Positions 28,780 through 38,254 of a DNA stretch of 64,000 bases are shown here, piece after piece. Origin of the DNA: an uncultured Methylomirabilota bacterium (GTDB lineage: Bacteria > Methylomirabilota > Methylomirabilia > Methylomirabilales > 2-02-FULL-66-22). The stretch is taken from positions 3,232,001-3,296,000 of the forward strand of contig OY970067.1 of assembly GCA_963705305.1 (NCBI GenBank). Reading direction: 5' to 3'. The notes beneath the pieces were generated by a model. That model had not been told where the DNA came from, did no database searches, and saw only the letters and a program-made list of their open reading frames with translations. Position 1 is the stretch's first letter, and the number at the start of each line of letters is the position of its first letter. The position numbers and the translations under genes are program-made.

Positions 28780-29279
28780 GTCAGATAATAAATATAGCGG
28801 AATCGGCGCAGGGCCGCGGTGCCGTCCCGCTCGATCTCGGCCTGCACCGCGGGCCACGCCTGCTGGCGCAGGTGCTGGCGGCCAAGAGGATGGCGTCGAT
28901 TTTTCCCCGGTGGTTCAAGATGCCGAGGGCCCACTGGCTGACTCGGCCTGCACCGCGGGCCACGCCTGCTGGCGCAGGTGCTGGCGGCCAAGAGGATGGC
29001 GTCGATTTTTCCCCGGTGGTTCAAGATGCCGAGGGCCCACTGGCTGATCTCCTCTCACTCCGCCACGATTCGGGCAGCAGTGTCGAACTCGCGGAAGACC
29101 CCGCGGAGGGCCGGCCGAAGCTTCCTGCAGACGGTATTGCGCATCCCGCTGTTGACAATCACCCACTCCAGTTTGCAGAGGAACTCGGATTCGGTCACCG
29201 CGTCCATGTCGCGAGGCCGCTTCAGACTTGAGTGTGGGTAGCCCCAGCATCTGGGATCCCAGCAGTCGAGCTGACTCAT
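28780..29279 (-). pseudogene. Disrupted gene, possibly HhH/DNA-glycosylase-like
   Basis: FLCKLEWVIVNSGMRNTV..ALGILNHRGKIDAI..ALRRFRYI is spread over several frames. It has an in-frame TGA at 29055 and an internal duplication. Confidence 0.4.
28836..29047. repeat. 106-bp tandem duplication
   Basis: CTCGGCCTGCACC...CCCACTGGCTGA at 28836-28941 and 28942-29047. Confidence 0.92.
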
Positions 29280-29309
29280 GGTCCGATGGCATCATATGCA
29301 TCAATCATC

Positions 29310-29339
29310 TTGACGTTAGGTGCATGATGCATTAGCATC
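29310..29339 (+). promoter_or_regulatory. vapBC promoter with an overlapping palindromic operator
   Basis: TTGACG-17 bp-TAGCAT. The palindrome GATGC-ATTA-GCATC (29326-29339) covers the -10 box. Confidence 0.6.
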
Positions 29340-29381
29340 TTTCACAATGGTGTGGCAAGATAGGTAGAGTGGAGCAGAACC

Positions 29382-29609
29382 ATGCGAACGACAGTAGACC
29401 TGGAAGAAGATGTGCTCATGGCTGCAAAAGAACTCGCGCGACAGCAGGGGGTGCCGGTCGGCAAGGTCGTATCCGATCTCGTGCGCCAGGCGCTGACGCA
29501 TCGCCCTGCCGGCGCGACCCGGCAAGGGATTCCGCTCTTCCCGGTCCAGCCGAAAGCCGGGGTCGTCACGCCAGAATTGGTGAACCAATTGCGGGACGAC
29601 ACGCCATGA
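29382..29609 (+). CDS. vapB: RHH/CopG antitoxin (VapB-like)
   Basis: MRTTVDLEEDVLMAAKELARQQGVPVGKVVSDLVRQAL. ATGA overlap with the toxin. Confidence 0.85.
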   Translation: MRTTVDLEEDVLMAAKELARQQGVPVGKVVSDLVRQALTHRPAGATRQGIPLFPVQPKAGVVTPELVNQLRDDTP

Positions 29610-30040
29610 GCACCCCCTATCTGTTGGACGTGAACCTCCTGTTGGCCTTGACGGATCCGATGCACCTCCACCACGACGCAGCCCATCGCTGGTTTGGCGA
29701 GACCGGGCAGACCGCCTGGGCGACCAGTCCGCTCACGGAAAATGGTTTCGTGCGGGTGGCGAGCCACCCCTCCTACCCAAATCGACCTGGGGACGTACCA
29801 GTCGTCCTGGCAATCTTGCGAGATCTCTGCGCCGCCGCCGGGCATCTCTTCTGGAGTGACGACATCAGCCTTCGCGACGTGCTCGATCCGAATGTCATTC
29901 TCACCCACGCACAGATCACCGATGCCTATCTCTTAGGACTTGCCGCACACAACGGCGGCAAACTGGCAACGCTGGATCGACACCTCCCGGTCAACCTGGT
30001 CCGCGGCGGCCAGGCCGCTCTGGAGCTCATCACCCCGTAA
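29606..30040 (+). CDS. vapC: VapC-family PIN toxin
   Basis: YLLDVNLLLAL, TENGFVRV, ITDAYLLGLA and LATLD. Confidence 0.88.
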   Translation: MSTPYLLDVNLLLALTDPMHLHHDAAHRWFGETGQTAWATSPLTENGFVRVASHPSYPNRPGDVPVVLAILRDLCAAAGHLFWSDDISLRDVLDPNVILTHAQITDAYLLGLAAHNGGKLATLDRHLPVNLVRGGQAALELITP

Positions 30041-30117
30041 GTCCCGAACGATACGATTCTTCCCGCCTGCGTTCGACCATGCCCTGACCCACAGATTTTG
30101 AGGCCATACTCAATCTT

Positions 30118-30384
30118 AAGCTTCACGAGGTCCGTGCGGAACGCCACGTGCGCTGCGAACACCTCCTCCGTTTCGGAGACTGCCGAGAGCCCGACGTGGG
30201 TGTAACCGCTGTCCACCCCGAGGGTGATGGGTTGGGTCGCCTCCCCGGTAGCGTACATCAGCCGAATGGTGAAGGGGGTGCGGTGGACGACGGGCGCTTT
30301 CTTCTGTTTCAGGAGCACCCGCGCTTTTCGGGGGGTGGTCGGCATCAACGGCGTCCCACGCAGGTTCTGAACGAAGACTCGCAA
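30118..30384 (-). pseudogene. iscB: Truncated IscB (PLMP domain and RuvC-I only)
   Basis: VFVQNLRGTPLMPTTPRKARVLLKQKKA..PFTIRL..TLGVDSG. Homology stops before the RRXRR helix. Confidence 0.8.
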
Positions 30385-30621
30385 GCTTCGTTCCTCCTTG
30401 CGGAGTGAGGGCCGCATCGGGATTGTTATCGTAGCTTGTTCGACCGGCAGCACGGTTCCTACCTCTCAGAACGGTTTAACCACCGGCGACAGGGTGCCTG
30501 GAGCGTGCGGAAAGCCCCAGGGTGTCCTGACTGCAATAACTGCTGCTCCGGATCTGTTTGGAGCCCCCTAGTCAACCACGGCTTGGGACCAAGCCGCCGG
30601 CTTCAGCCGGGGGTGATTGAC
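30385..30621 (-). ncRNA. Omega RNA / IS200-IS605 left end
   Basis: GTCAATCACCCCCGGCTGAAGCCGGCGGCTTG..GTTGACTAGG..CAGGACACCCTGGGG..CTCCAGGCACCCTGTCG, directly upstream of the iscB fragment. Confidence 0.75.
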
Positions 30622-30702
30622 CGTTCGGGTGGTCCGGAGGTCTCCCGGAGGCGGGGTGGGCCGGGACCGGGAGCGTGTTGGGTGACCGCGCTCGCTTGCT
30701 GG

Positions 30703-31026
30703 CTAGGCCACCCCGCGTGCTGCTTCGGGGGCTTCCGGTCCGAGCGCGGCGGTGGCCTCCACCATCGCCGCTCTGTCCTGGACCGTCAGGCCCTTGGCCT
30801 GTAGGTAGGCCTGCAACTCGACCGTCCGCCCGGTCTTCATGGCGTAGGCCGCGGTCAGCACCACCTCGCAGAGCGTGGCCAGCGAGACCGCGGGGGTCTT
30901 CTTGTCTGGCCAGATCCAGCGCGTGGCTGCCGGGTTGAGAGGCTGGGCCACGGTTGCCGGGCTGACACCGAAGTGGGTGATGGCCTCGCGGCACAGGGGG
31001 TGCCGGATCGGGGTCGTGGTGTCCAT
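30703..31026 (-). CDS. Hypothetical protein
   Basis: 107 aa with the RBS AAGGAG upstream. Confidence 0.55.
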   Translation of the reverse strand: MDTTTPIRHPLCREAITHFGVSPATVAQPLNPAATRWIWPDKKTPAVSLATLCEVVLTAAYAMKTGRTVELQAYLQAKGLTVQDRAAMVEATAALGPEAPEAARGVA

Positions 31027-31381
31027 GCAAGGTCTCCTTTGGGCTGGTGGGAGGGAAGGGGGTTTCAGATGCCGTCCTCACTTATGGGAGGAGGCGGGTA
31101 GCCTCGTCGGCTGGGAACGCTTCGACGGCAGGCGTCCGCGGCGGCTGAGTAATCCCACTGGTGGTCTTCGTCATGGTCAGGCACCCTCGGTGGTTGGGAC
31201 GAAAGAGATTGGGCTGGTGTCCGCTGCCACATAGAGCGGGTGGCTTTGTGGGTCTTAGATGTTGCCGGAGGTGTCGGTGTGCATTCGACGTAGTTGCCCA
31301 TTTTCCACGGTCTTGTGCGGAACGTTCATGGCGCCTTGCTTCCTTCCTGTTCGTTGCCTGTTCATGCTTTGCCGGCTCCTG

Positions 31382-32725
31382 TCACGTGTGGTGCTTAAGA
31401 AACGGTCGCCGGGCCTGGGACACCTTCCGCTTGAGCGGAGGGGGGAGGGGCGAGCAGGAATCGGGCAGTCGTTGGTAGCCGTACCCATCGGCGCGTTGGA
31501 GTAAGCGGCAGTGCCGGGAGCGGATGCCTTGGAGGGTCCCCGTGGCCGTCTGGAGGTTGAAGCTCCCGGTGGCGCGGATGGCGACGCGGCCGGTATGGAG
31601 ACCGGCATGCTTCCCCGTGGGGACCGTGGCGCGGACGAGGTCCCCCGTCCGGAAGCCGTGGACGGTTTTCGTGCGCGTGAGGTAGCCGCGGGGAAACCCG
31701 TGGGCTGTCACGCGGGTCCGCTGATGGGAGCCCCGGCCGGTGCACTGGATGACCAGGACGGGGATCTGCCAGGCGGTGACCTGGGCGAACTCGCCGGCGC
31801 AGGCCGCGTCCAGGGCGTGGCTTTTCGGGATCCCGAGGCGCGAGCGGTTCCACTTCGTCCGCCCCCCGCTAGTGACCTCCACCGGCAACTGGGTGGCCGT
31901 GAGCGTTCGCCAGATGGCCCACCGGGTGGCGTTGAGGGCTGCGGCAGCCTTGAGGGGCTGTTGGGCCTGGGCGAGGATCCGGGCGAGGCGCTCCGGCTGA
32001 TCGCTCAGGAAAACCTGCACGGGCTGGGTGCCCTTCCGCTCGTTGCATGCCTGGCAGCTCAGCGTCAGGTTGCTGATCCGGTCGCTTCCGCCGTTTGTCT
32101 TGGGGACGATGTGCTCGACCTGAAGAGGCCGATCACCTCCGTAACAGTAGGCACACCGCCGGCCGAACTTCTCCAAAAGGTACTCCCGGATCTCGTACCC
32201 GGCCAGGGTGCCCTGCTGGTACTCGATTCCCACGATCTCCGGATTAACGAGGAACTGTGTGTCGAATCGGACCCGCTCGAGCGTGACGGCAATGATTGGT
32301 ACCAGACGCTGGTAACGGGTGACCCACATCTGGACGGTGTCCACCCGGTGCTGGAGCGATGGCGCGAGCCAGCCCTCGGGGCGCCGGCGGTTGTCGAACC
32401 GGGGCGGCCGATAGCGAAGGTTGGCGCCGCGGCGCCGGCGGCGGTAAGCCCGCCGCTGAGAGAGGGCCTTGTGGATGGTGTCACCGCGGTGTTCGAGTTC
32501 CGCGAGGTGGAGGACCACCTGCTCGCCGGGGCGGGGTTCTCGGACGAGGGCGATCCCGGTGACCCTGCCCCCCGGGTCCAGCTTGAGGCGGACGGGTTGG
32601 AGGGTGCTCTGATCTCGCGTCCGGTCCACCAGCCGGATGGTGAACGGCTGGAGGCGGTGCACCCGCGCCCGCTTCTCGGGGCAGGGCATCAGGGGTTGTT
32701 TCCGCTTGTCGAGGACAAAGACCAT
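31382..32725 (-). CDS. iscB: IscB RNA-guided endonuclease (RRXRR, RuvC and HNH)
   Basis: PLMP, LKLDPG (RuvC-I), RRAYRRRRR, LERVRFD (RuvC-II), CAYC..VEHIVPK..NLTLSCQACN (HNH) and KSHALDA (RuvC-III). Right-end hairpin at 31423-31442. Confidence 0.92.
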   Translation of the reverse strand: MVFVLDKRKQPLMPCPEKRARVHRLQPFTIRLVDRTRDQSTLQPVRLKLDPGGRVTGIALVREPRPGEQVVLHLAELEHRGDTIHKALSQRRAYRRRRRGANLRYRPPRFDNRRRPEGWLAPSLQHRVDTVQMWVTRYQRLVPIIAVTLERVRFDTQFLVNPEIVGIEYQQGTLAGYEIREYLLEKFGRRCAYCYGGDRPLQVEHIVPKTNGGSDRISNLTLSCQACNERKGTQPVQVFLSDQPERLARILAQAQQPLKAAAALNATRWAIWRTLTATQLPVEVTSGGRTKWNRSRLGIPKSHALDAACAGEFAQVTAWQIPVLVIQCTGRGSHQRTRVTAHGFPRGYLTRTKTVHGFRTGDLVRATVPTGKHAGLHTGRVAIRATGSFNLQTATGTLQGIRSRHCRLLQRADGYGYQRLPDSCSPLPPPLKRKVSQARRPFLKHHT

Positions 32726-33024
32726 TGCTCGGACCTTTGGAGTGTGTCGCCCTCACGGGCCTGGTGACGGAGCCCTGGTGGGCTCGCTCCTCTCGACGAT
32801 GTTGGCAGCCGGTGGTGAAGGCCGGCCCCCGTTTCGGGCCTACCCGGGGCGTGTCTGCAGGGCCGGCTTCCAGAGCGGCGGGCTGAGGAAGCACCCGCCG
32901 GTGGGTCGGGACCTACTGCCAACGGAGTCCGTAACCGACCGGACTGGGTCTGGTAAACCGGTGGGCTCTCACATGGCTATTACCCTTCCGTGAAAGCCCT
33001 CGACTTGGGTCGAGGGTGGTTTAC
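32726..33024 (-). ncRNA. Omega RNA / IS200-IS605 left end of the iscB element
   Basis: GTAAACCACCCTCGACCCAAGTCGAGGGCTT hairpin..GTTTACCAGACC..TGCTTCCTCAG..CTCTGGAA..CAACATCGTCGAGAGGAG, about 300 nt directly upstream of iscB. Confidence 0.8.
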
Positions 33025-33268
33025 AGAGCAGGAGTTCGGTTCGCACGCCCATTCCTCCATGGTCGGGGTCCAGGAGGATGCGGCGCACCGCGTCTCCGAT
33101 CGGGGTTCCGCCTGGTTCGTGTGTCTGGGTCACGGTGTAGCCCACGCTCTGGAGGTGCGCTACCAATCCTTCGATCTGCGTTCCCTTGCCTCCGCCCTCT
33201 CCCCCCTCGAAGGTCAGGAGGTATCCACGGGATTGGTGCGTGCTGGTGTGCTGCGTCATCATTATCAT
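33025..33268 (-). pseudogene. tmk: Thymidylate kinase N-terminal fragment, cut by the IscB element
   Basis: LTFEGGEGGGKGTQ, THEPGGTPIGDAVRRILLD and RTELLL, followed by the element end. Confidence 0.85.
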
Positions 33269-33480
33269 CGTTGTTGTTGCCTCTGCCGGGCCTCGGCCAC
33301 GCGGGCGTTCACGTACAGGTGGCCAAGCTCCAGTAGCACGGGGGCCTGCCTCCGGCGTGTTTCCCGGATCTCGAGGGCGCCAGTTGGATAGAGCGTGACC
33401 ACGAGGGTGTCGTTGTAGCCGTGGGAAATGCGTGAGACCACGACCTTGAAGCTTCGCGGCTGTGTCAGTCGGCGAAACCG
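33265..33480 (-). CDS. Small phage-type hypothetical protein (start uncertain)
   Basis: LVVTLYPTGALEIRETRRRQ..ELGHLYVNARV. ATGA-coupled to tmk. Confidence 0.45.
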   Translation of the reverse strand, partial: RFRRLTQPRSFKVVVSRISHGYNDTLVVTLYPTGALEIRETRRRQAPVLLELGHLYVNARVAEARQRQQQR

Positions 33481-34493
33481 GGGTCTGCGGTCAGTCTGCC
33501 GGTTCTTTGGTTGTTCGCGTTCGTTGGACTGTGTGCCCACGCCTGCCTTCCCTTCAGAGGGCGGTGCCATCCGGGAAGCGGGGAATTTGATTGCGCCACG
33601 GCTCCGGCGACGTGCGTTGGCGTCGCGTATGGGCAATCGGGGTGACCACCCTGGATTGAGCAGCGTAGTCCCAGCTGAGCCAGTTTTACGTCTCCCCAGA
33701 GCTCGTCACAGGTCGGGACCGCCTCTGGTCCGTAGGCGGCTGCCAGCTTTTGGCGGAGCCGCAGACCATCCTGGCTGTCCGCGATGGGGGCTCGTTCCTC
33801 ACCGCTTCTGCCGTGTGCACTGGGGACGTACACGTCTCGGGCGATCGCCAGCCGGAGTCCGTACTGTCGGCACCGGAGCGCGTACTCAAGGTCCCGCCCT
33901 CTTCCCATGAACCCTGGATCAGGGGCACCGATCCGGCGCAGGGTTCGGGCGGGGATGAGAACACACGCCAGGCTCAGCCAGTAGGTGAGGAGGGTTTCTC
34001 CCCGGTATCGGTCTTCCAGCAGGGCTGCCCGCTCTTCTGGCGTGACGTGGGCGCAGACGATCGCGTCAAGGTGACGGGTGAGTTGCTGCTCGCCCGTTCC
34101 CCCGTCCGTGACGGGTCCGATGGCCGCGACGGTTGGCAAGGACTGGAGGCGTCCAGAGAGCCGTGTGAGCCAGTGGGGCATGACGAGTTGGTCTGCGCTC
34201 AGGAGGGCCATCTGCTCGTCCGGGAACCTTTCGAGGGCTCGCTGGATTGTCTGCCCCACGCTGTCGTGCGCGTCGTGCTGAATGCTATGGACTCTCCCGC
34301 CTACGGGTGGGTCACCGCGTGTCCCGCCTGCACTATCCGTGATCACCACGAGGCGATATGGCAGGTCCGTGTGCCGATGAATGCGATCCAGACATTCAGG
34401 GAGCGCCAGGTCTGACCTTGTCGCAATGACGAAGATGGTCGTGTGCGGGAGGCGGCTGCCTTCGGGAATCGGCTGACGTATGCTCAGGCGCAT
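33465..34493 (-). CDS. Family 2 glycosyltransferase-like protein (divergent)
   Basis: CLDRIHRHT..YRLVVITD, LLSADQLVMPHWL, AIGPVT and DLEYALRCRQYG. Confidence 0.65.
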   Translation of the reverse strand: MRLSIRQPIPEGSRLPHTTIFVIATRSDLALPECLDRIHRHTDLPYRLVVITDSAGGTRGDPPVGGRVHSIQHDAHDSVGQTIQRALERFPDEQMALLSADQLVMPHWLTRLSGRLQSLPTVAAIGPVTDGGTGEQQLTRHLDAIVCAHVTPEERAALLEDRYRGETLLTYWLSLACVLIPARTLRRIGAPDPGFMGRGRDLEYALRCRQYGLRLAIARDVYVPSAHGRSGEERAPIADSQDGLRLRQKLAAAYGPEAVPTCDELWGDVKLAQLGLRCSIQGGHPDCPYATPTHVAGAVAQSNSPLPGWHRPLKGRQAWAHSPTNANNQRTGRLTADPGFAD

Positions 34494-34521
34494 CGTGGGT
34501 ATTCTCCGGGATGTCGGGTCA

Positions 34522-35073
34522 TTACCGCGGTGGGCTGCTCAGGATGCGATCTAAGGCTTGTGAAGCGTTCACGCGGACCACCAGGTTTGCCTCGCGCTGC
34601 AGCTGGCGGAGCACCGGCACCGCCTCGGTCGCGTAAGGCCCCATCTGTCCAAGGGTGAAGATGATCTGCTTTTGCACCGCCGGGATCGGTTCTGTTTCCA
34701 GGAGATTCGCCAGCGGCACGGCGGCCGGCTCGCTCGCCGCCCCAAGGGGGACGAATGACTTGACAGCCGCGATGCGGGCGCTCGGATCTTCATCCTGGAG
34801 CGCCCAGATGAATATCGGCACCGCGGCCGCGCCCGTCTCGCGCAGGAGGAGGAGCGCGTTGAGACGCTGCTTGGGATCGGCGGACTCCATCATGGCTTCC
34901 AGTTGGGCCTTGGTGTATCCCCGGAGGGTGGGCTCTCCCGGCGTTGCTGGTGTGGTGGGCGCCGGGGTGGGGCTGCTGGCGGCACGGCTGTGGGCCGGGT
35001 TGGTCAGTTCCAGTATGAACAGACCTGCGAAGAACCGGAGGATCCTGCGGCGGGTCACGGGTGATGGAGTCAC
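34522..35073 (-). CDS. HEAT-repeat protein with a Tat-like signal
   Basis: TRRRILRFFAG, then repeated AVP..AL.D.D...R..A...L helices. Confidence 0.7.
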   Translation of the reverse strand: MTPSPVTRRRILRFFAGLFILELTNPAHSRAASSPTPAPTTPATPGEPTLRGYTKAQLEAMMESADPKQRLNALLLLRETGAAAVPIFIWALQDEDPSARIAAVKSFVPLGAASEPAAVPLANLLETEPIPAVQKQIIFTLGQMGPYATEAVPVLRQLQREANLVVRVNASQALDRILSSPPR

Positions 35074-35082
35074 GCGGCCACT

Positions 35083-35123
35083 CCCCTGTCTCTCAGGCGC
35101 GTCGTGCGCCTGAGAGACAGGGG
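35083..35123. repeat. Perfect 18-bp inverted repeat
   Basis: CCCCTGTCTCTCAGGCGC-GTCGT-GCGCCTGAGAGACAGGGG. Confidence 0.9.
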
Positions 35124-35236
35124 GCCAGGGCGACCCGGAGCACCTCCGGGGTCACCGGAATGCCGGTCCGCATGCTGAGACCATACACCATCCAGGTGGC
35201 GATCAGCTTGCAGGCCGTGTACAGCCAGGTGTGCAT
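35093..35236 (-). CDS. 47-aa peptide (not in the ORF track)
   Basis: Strong RBS AGGAGGAG. MHTWLYTACKLIATWMVYGLSMRTGIPVTPEVLRVALAPCLSGARRA. Confidence 0.4.
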   Translation of the reverse strand: MHTWLYTACKLIATWMVYGLSMRTGIPVTPEVLRVALAPCLSGARRA

Positions 35237-35571
35237 TCCTGCTCCTCCTGTTTGGTTCGGTGGTCCGGCATCGTGTCCCTGGGGTGATCCTCATCGGCCT
35301 TCGTGAGGTCTATGCCTCGCAGGCGGCCGCAGGATGGCACGCACCCCGGGTGATCACAAGTACAGGAAATTCCCCGGCGTCTGTTAGTCGGCGCGGGCGG
35401 TGCCATTGGGAGATCCTCTGGGCTCTACGGCCTTCAGACAGGTTGTTTCAGCATCCGGCAAGCCGGCCCGCCAATTGTCCTTATGCGTCCGATTGCCAAA
35501 TCCGCAGGAGTCCCGTAGACTGCCGCATAGCCGCCGAGGCCCGGACCCCCTCGGCACCCCCAGAGTACAGC

Positions 35572-35961
35572 ATGGCAGAGACGGCACACTGGCGCTGCGA
35601 CTTCTGCGCCGCCCCGGATCCGGTCTGGCTCTACCCGGCGCGGACGTTTCCCGCCTACGAGGTGTCCGGTGCCACCACCGACTACACGGGGGAGAGCGAG
35701 GGGGCCTGGCTCGCCTGCGCCGATTGCCACACCTTCATCGAGCGCGCCTCCGCGAACCCCGTCGACCGCGAGCGGTTCGCCCGCCGGTGCGCCACGATCC
35801 TGGGGCGCAGCCTCCAACTTTCCCAGCGGCAGGTCCTCCCCCAAGTGGAGCAGATCCATGCCGGCTTCTTCGACAACCGCCTCGGGACCGGTCGACCGTG
35901 GACCGCGGCCGACGCCGTCGACGAGCCACCCCCGCCCCTCAGGATCACCCCGCTCGACTGA
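35572..35961 (+). CDS. Zn-binding hypothetical protein
   Basis: CDFC..WLYPA..WLACADC, with GC3-rich codons. Confidence 0.6.
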   Translation: MAETAHWRCDFCAAPDPVWLYPARTFPAYEVSGATTDYTGESEGAWLACADCHTFIERASANPVDRERFARRCATILGRSLQLSQRQVLPQVEQIHAGFFDNRLGTGRPWTAADAVDEPPPPLRITPLD

Positions 35962-36419
35962 ACGCGCCCGCCAGAGGGAATCCGTCCCCCACCAGTTCCA
36001 AGGTCCGCTGCCCTCCGGGGTATCCTCTGTGCCTGGATCCTGCCCGCGCCCAGAGCTTTCCCACCACGCACCAGGTTTTGCCCGAGCCTGCGAAATACGT
36101 GCATAGGGCGCTCGTATCGCGCCACTTGCTCGGATTAACCCCAGCCGCGGAGCTTGCACGCCTCGGCCACGAGAGCATCTCAACCTGTCGATTCTCCTGA
36201 TTCGCCCAACGTTGCTTCATCTCACAGGGAAAGAACGGCGCGCCACATTGACGCGGGGGGAGGATCCCGCACTTGATGGGAGCTCCTTTGCGGGGAGTAA
36301 AGTCCAGTAGGATCCCCGAAGGTGAGGTCGTGATCGCAACATGCGGGCGATTCGGTGCGCTTGTGGCCGGCCGAACATTCAAAGCAACACGCCGTGTTGC
36401 ATACGGAATCCCGATCCGC

Positions 36420-37181
36420 TCAGTTGTTCCGGGGATCGGCCAGCGGGAGGTGGAACGTATGGAGCGGCGTCAGTCGTTTTGACTCATTCGGCCTGGCCGG
36501 CGGGACGAGCATGAGGTGGGAGTCCATCACGAAGATCTGCCGGCGGTTGTAGTACGTCAGGGCGAGGAGCATCGGGAGGACCCAGGTCAGGTGGAGCAGC
36601 GTGATGCCCATCTCTTCCGGCGGGCGGGGGGCCATCGCAGCCCGGAGGTGCGCCACCTCCGGACTCCGGGCGAGGAGATCCACATAGGCGTCTGACAGCC
36701 GGGTGGCGGTGAGCACGTCCTCCGGGCGCTCTTGCGACCGACAGGGCATGCCTCGGGGATCCACGAGGAGGGCCGCCGTCCCGGCCCAGGCGTCCCGGAT
36801 GTGGCTTCCGAAGCAGAACAGGTCGAGGCGGGAGTCCGGATGGACCGTCGTCTCCGGGCTCGCCCAGGGTTCGGGGGACATCGGTTGGGCGACCACCATC
36901 GTCCCGAGGTGGGGCGCGGGTTGGCTGGCGGTGCCGGCACGCCCTGGCGCCTGTCCCCAGTGCCACGGCAGGTGCCACTCTCCCCAGACGTGGGGCCAGG
37001 GCAGAGCGCAGTGGGTGGCTCGGCGCCAGAGTTGGTCGCGGCCCTCGCGGTCCAGTTGTTCGTGGTACAGATCGGCGACGGCCTGAATGCCCAGGATTCG
37101 GCTGTCAGCCAAGGCCTGGCGGAAGGCCCGCTGGTTGGCGGCGGGGAGCTGGGTGAGCAGGTGGGGGGCGGTAGGGGTCAT
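36420..37181 (-). CDS. Hypothetical protein
   Basis: 253 aa with an LPWPHVWGEW segment, co-oriented with its neighbours. Confidence 0.55.
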   Translation of the reverse strand: MTPTAPHLLTQLPAANQRAFRQALADSRILGIQAVADLYHEQLDREGRDQLWRRATHCALPWPHVWGEWHLPWHWGQAPGRAGTASQPAPHLGTMVVAQPMSPEPWASPETTVHPDSRLDLFCFGSHIRDAWAGTAALLVDPRGMPCRSQERPEDVLTATRLSDAYVDLLARSPEVAHLRAAMAPRPPEEMGITLLHLTWVLPMLLALTYYNRRQIFVMDSHLMLVPPARPNESKRLTPLHTFHLPLADPRNN

Positions 37182-37197
37182 GGGTCTTCCGGGGGCC

Positions 37198-37815
37198 TTA
37201 CCTGAGGCGATAGCGGATCAGTTCGGCCCCTGGGTCGTCGGCCGTCATTGCCCGGGGGGCGCCCTGGACGTACTCGCGCTTCACGACCTGCTTCAGCATC
37301 GGGGCGTACCAGCTGTAGTAGCTGATCACCGGATCGTCGGGCTTGGTGTCGAGGATCTTGAGGGCGCTGAACGCTCCGGCTGGCGTCTGGATGAACTCGC
37401 ACAGCACCACTTCCCGCCGGTGCTGCTCCAGGATCATCGGGCCGCCGCCCCGGGGGTAATAGGTCTGCACGTAGCTCCACGCCTTCCCGATCTGGAGGGG
37501 GAAGTCCCAGCTCTTGTCGCTGTGCGTGACCAGCCGGTTCGTCATGGTGATCACCTCGTCCTTCCCCTGGAGGCCTTTCTGTCCGGTCTGCTCGCCGTCA
37601 AGAGAGGTGTAGAAGTACACGTTCCCTTCGTCGAGCCATCCCACGCGTTCCGCGGTCTCATGACCAGTGGTTGTCCGCCAGACCCACTCTTCGTTCTCCT
37701 GGTAGGTAGGCTGCTGGATGGAATCGCTGCAGTCCCATGTACGCAGTGTCGCGGCACAGCTGCTGAGGAGGATGAGGAAGGTGACCGGGAACCAGCATCG
37801 TTGTCGAGGGATCAT
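37198..37815 (-). CDS. Putative lipoprotein
   Basis: Lipobox LILLSSC. FPLQIGKAW, IQTPAGAF and WYAP..VVKRE. Confidence 0.7.
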   Translation of the reverse strand: MIPRQRCWFPVTFLILLSSCAATLRTWDCSDSIQQPTYQENEEWVWRTTTGHETAERVGWLDEGNVYFYTSLDGEQTGQKGLQGKDEVITMTNRLVTHSDKSWDFPLQIGKAWSYVQTYYPRGGGPMILEQHRREVVLCEFIQTPAGAFSALKILDTKPDDPVISYYSWYAPMLKQVVKREYVQGAPRAMTADDPGAELIRYRLR

Positions 37816-38254
37816 GGGGGCATCCTCTTTCGCGGGAGGGTTATTCGCACGGCGCGCGCACCCTTGGAGTCGACGGGGACCTGCCGTGCAACCTTAGTTC
37901 TCCCTCGAGGTGCCGAATAGGGCAGCTTTCTGCAGACCCGCCTTTGGATCGTTCCTGGAGGCTGTGGAGTGTGCGTGTCACTCCCCCGTGACTGTCCGGC
38001 CCCGCTCCCCTGGACGAAGTCCTGGCTCCGTGCCAGCGCTCGGGCCTCCGCGGCACTTCGGCTGGTTGGCTGGCTCCTGCCCTCCCGGTGGGCGTTGTCG
38101 ATCCGGCACACGCGAACCGCGAACTCCCGCTCCCTGGCAATGGACTGACGGCCGTGCTCGGCATCCGTGTTCCTTGGTGCGTGTTGGGTCGGTTCGCCAA
38201 CCGTTCGGGCGCCGCCCGCCTGCCAGGCGGGCTGGACCCCCGAGATGGCAATCC

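Noticed and set aside
31255..31400. 3' remainder of tmk after the IscB right end
   Set aside because: No thymidylate kinase motifs were recognised in any frame.
36179..36191. 13-nt match CTCAACCTGTCGA to the pseudo-tRNA D arm
   Set aside because: It is too short, has no surrounding cloverleaf, and is compatible with chance.
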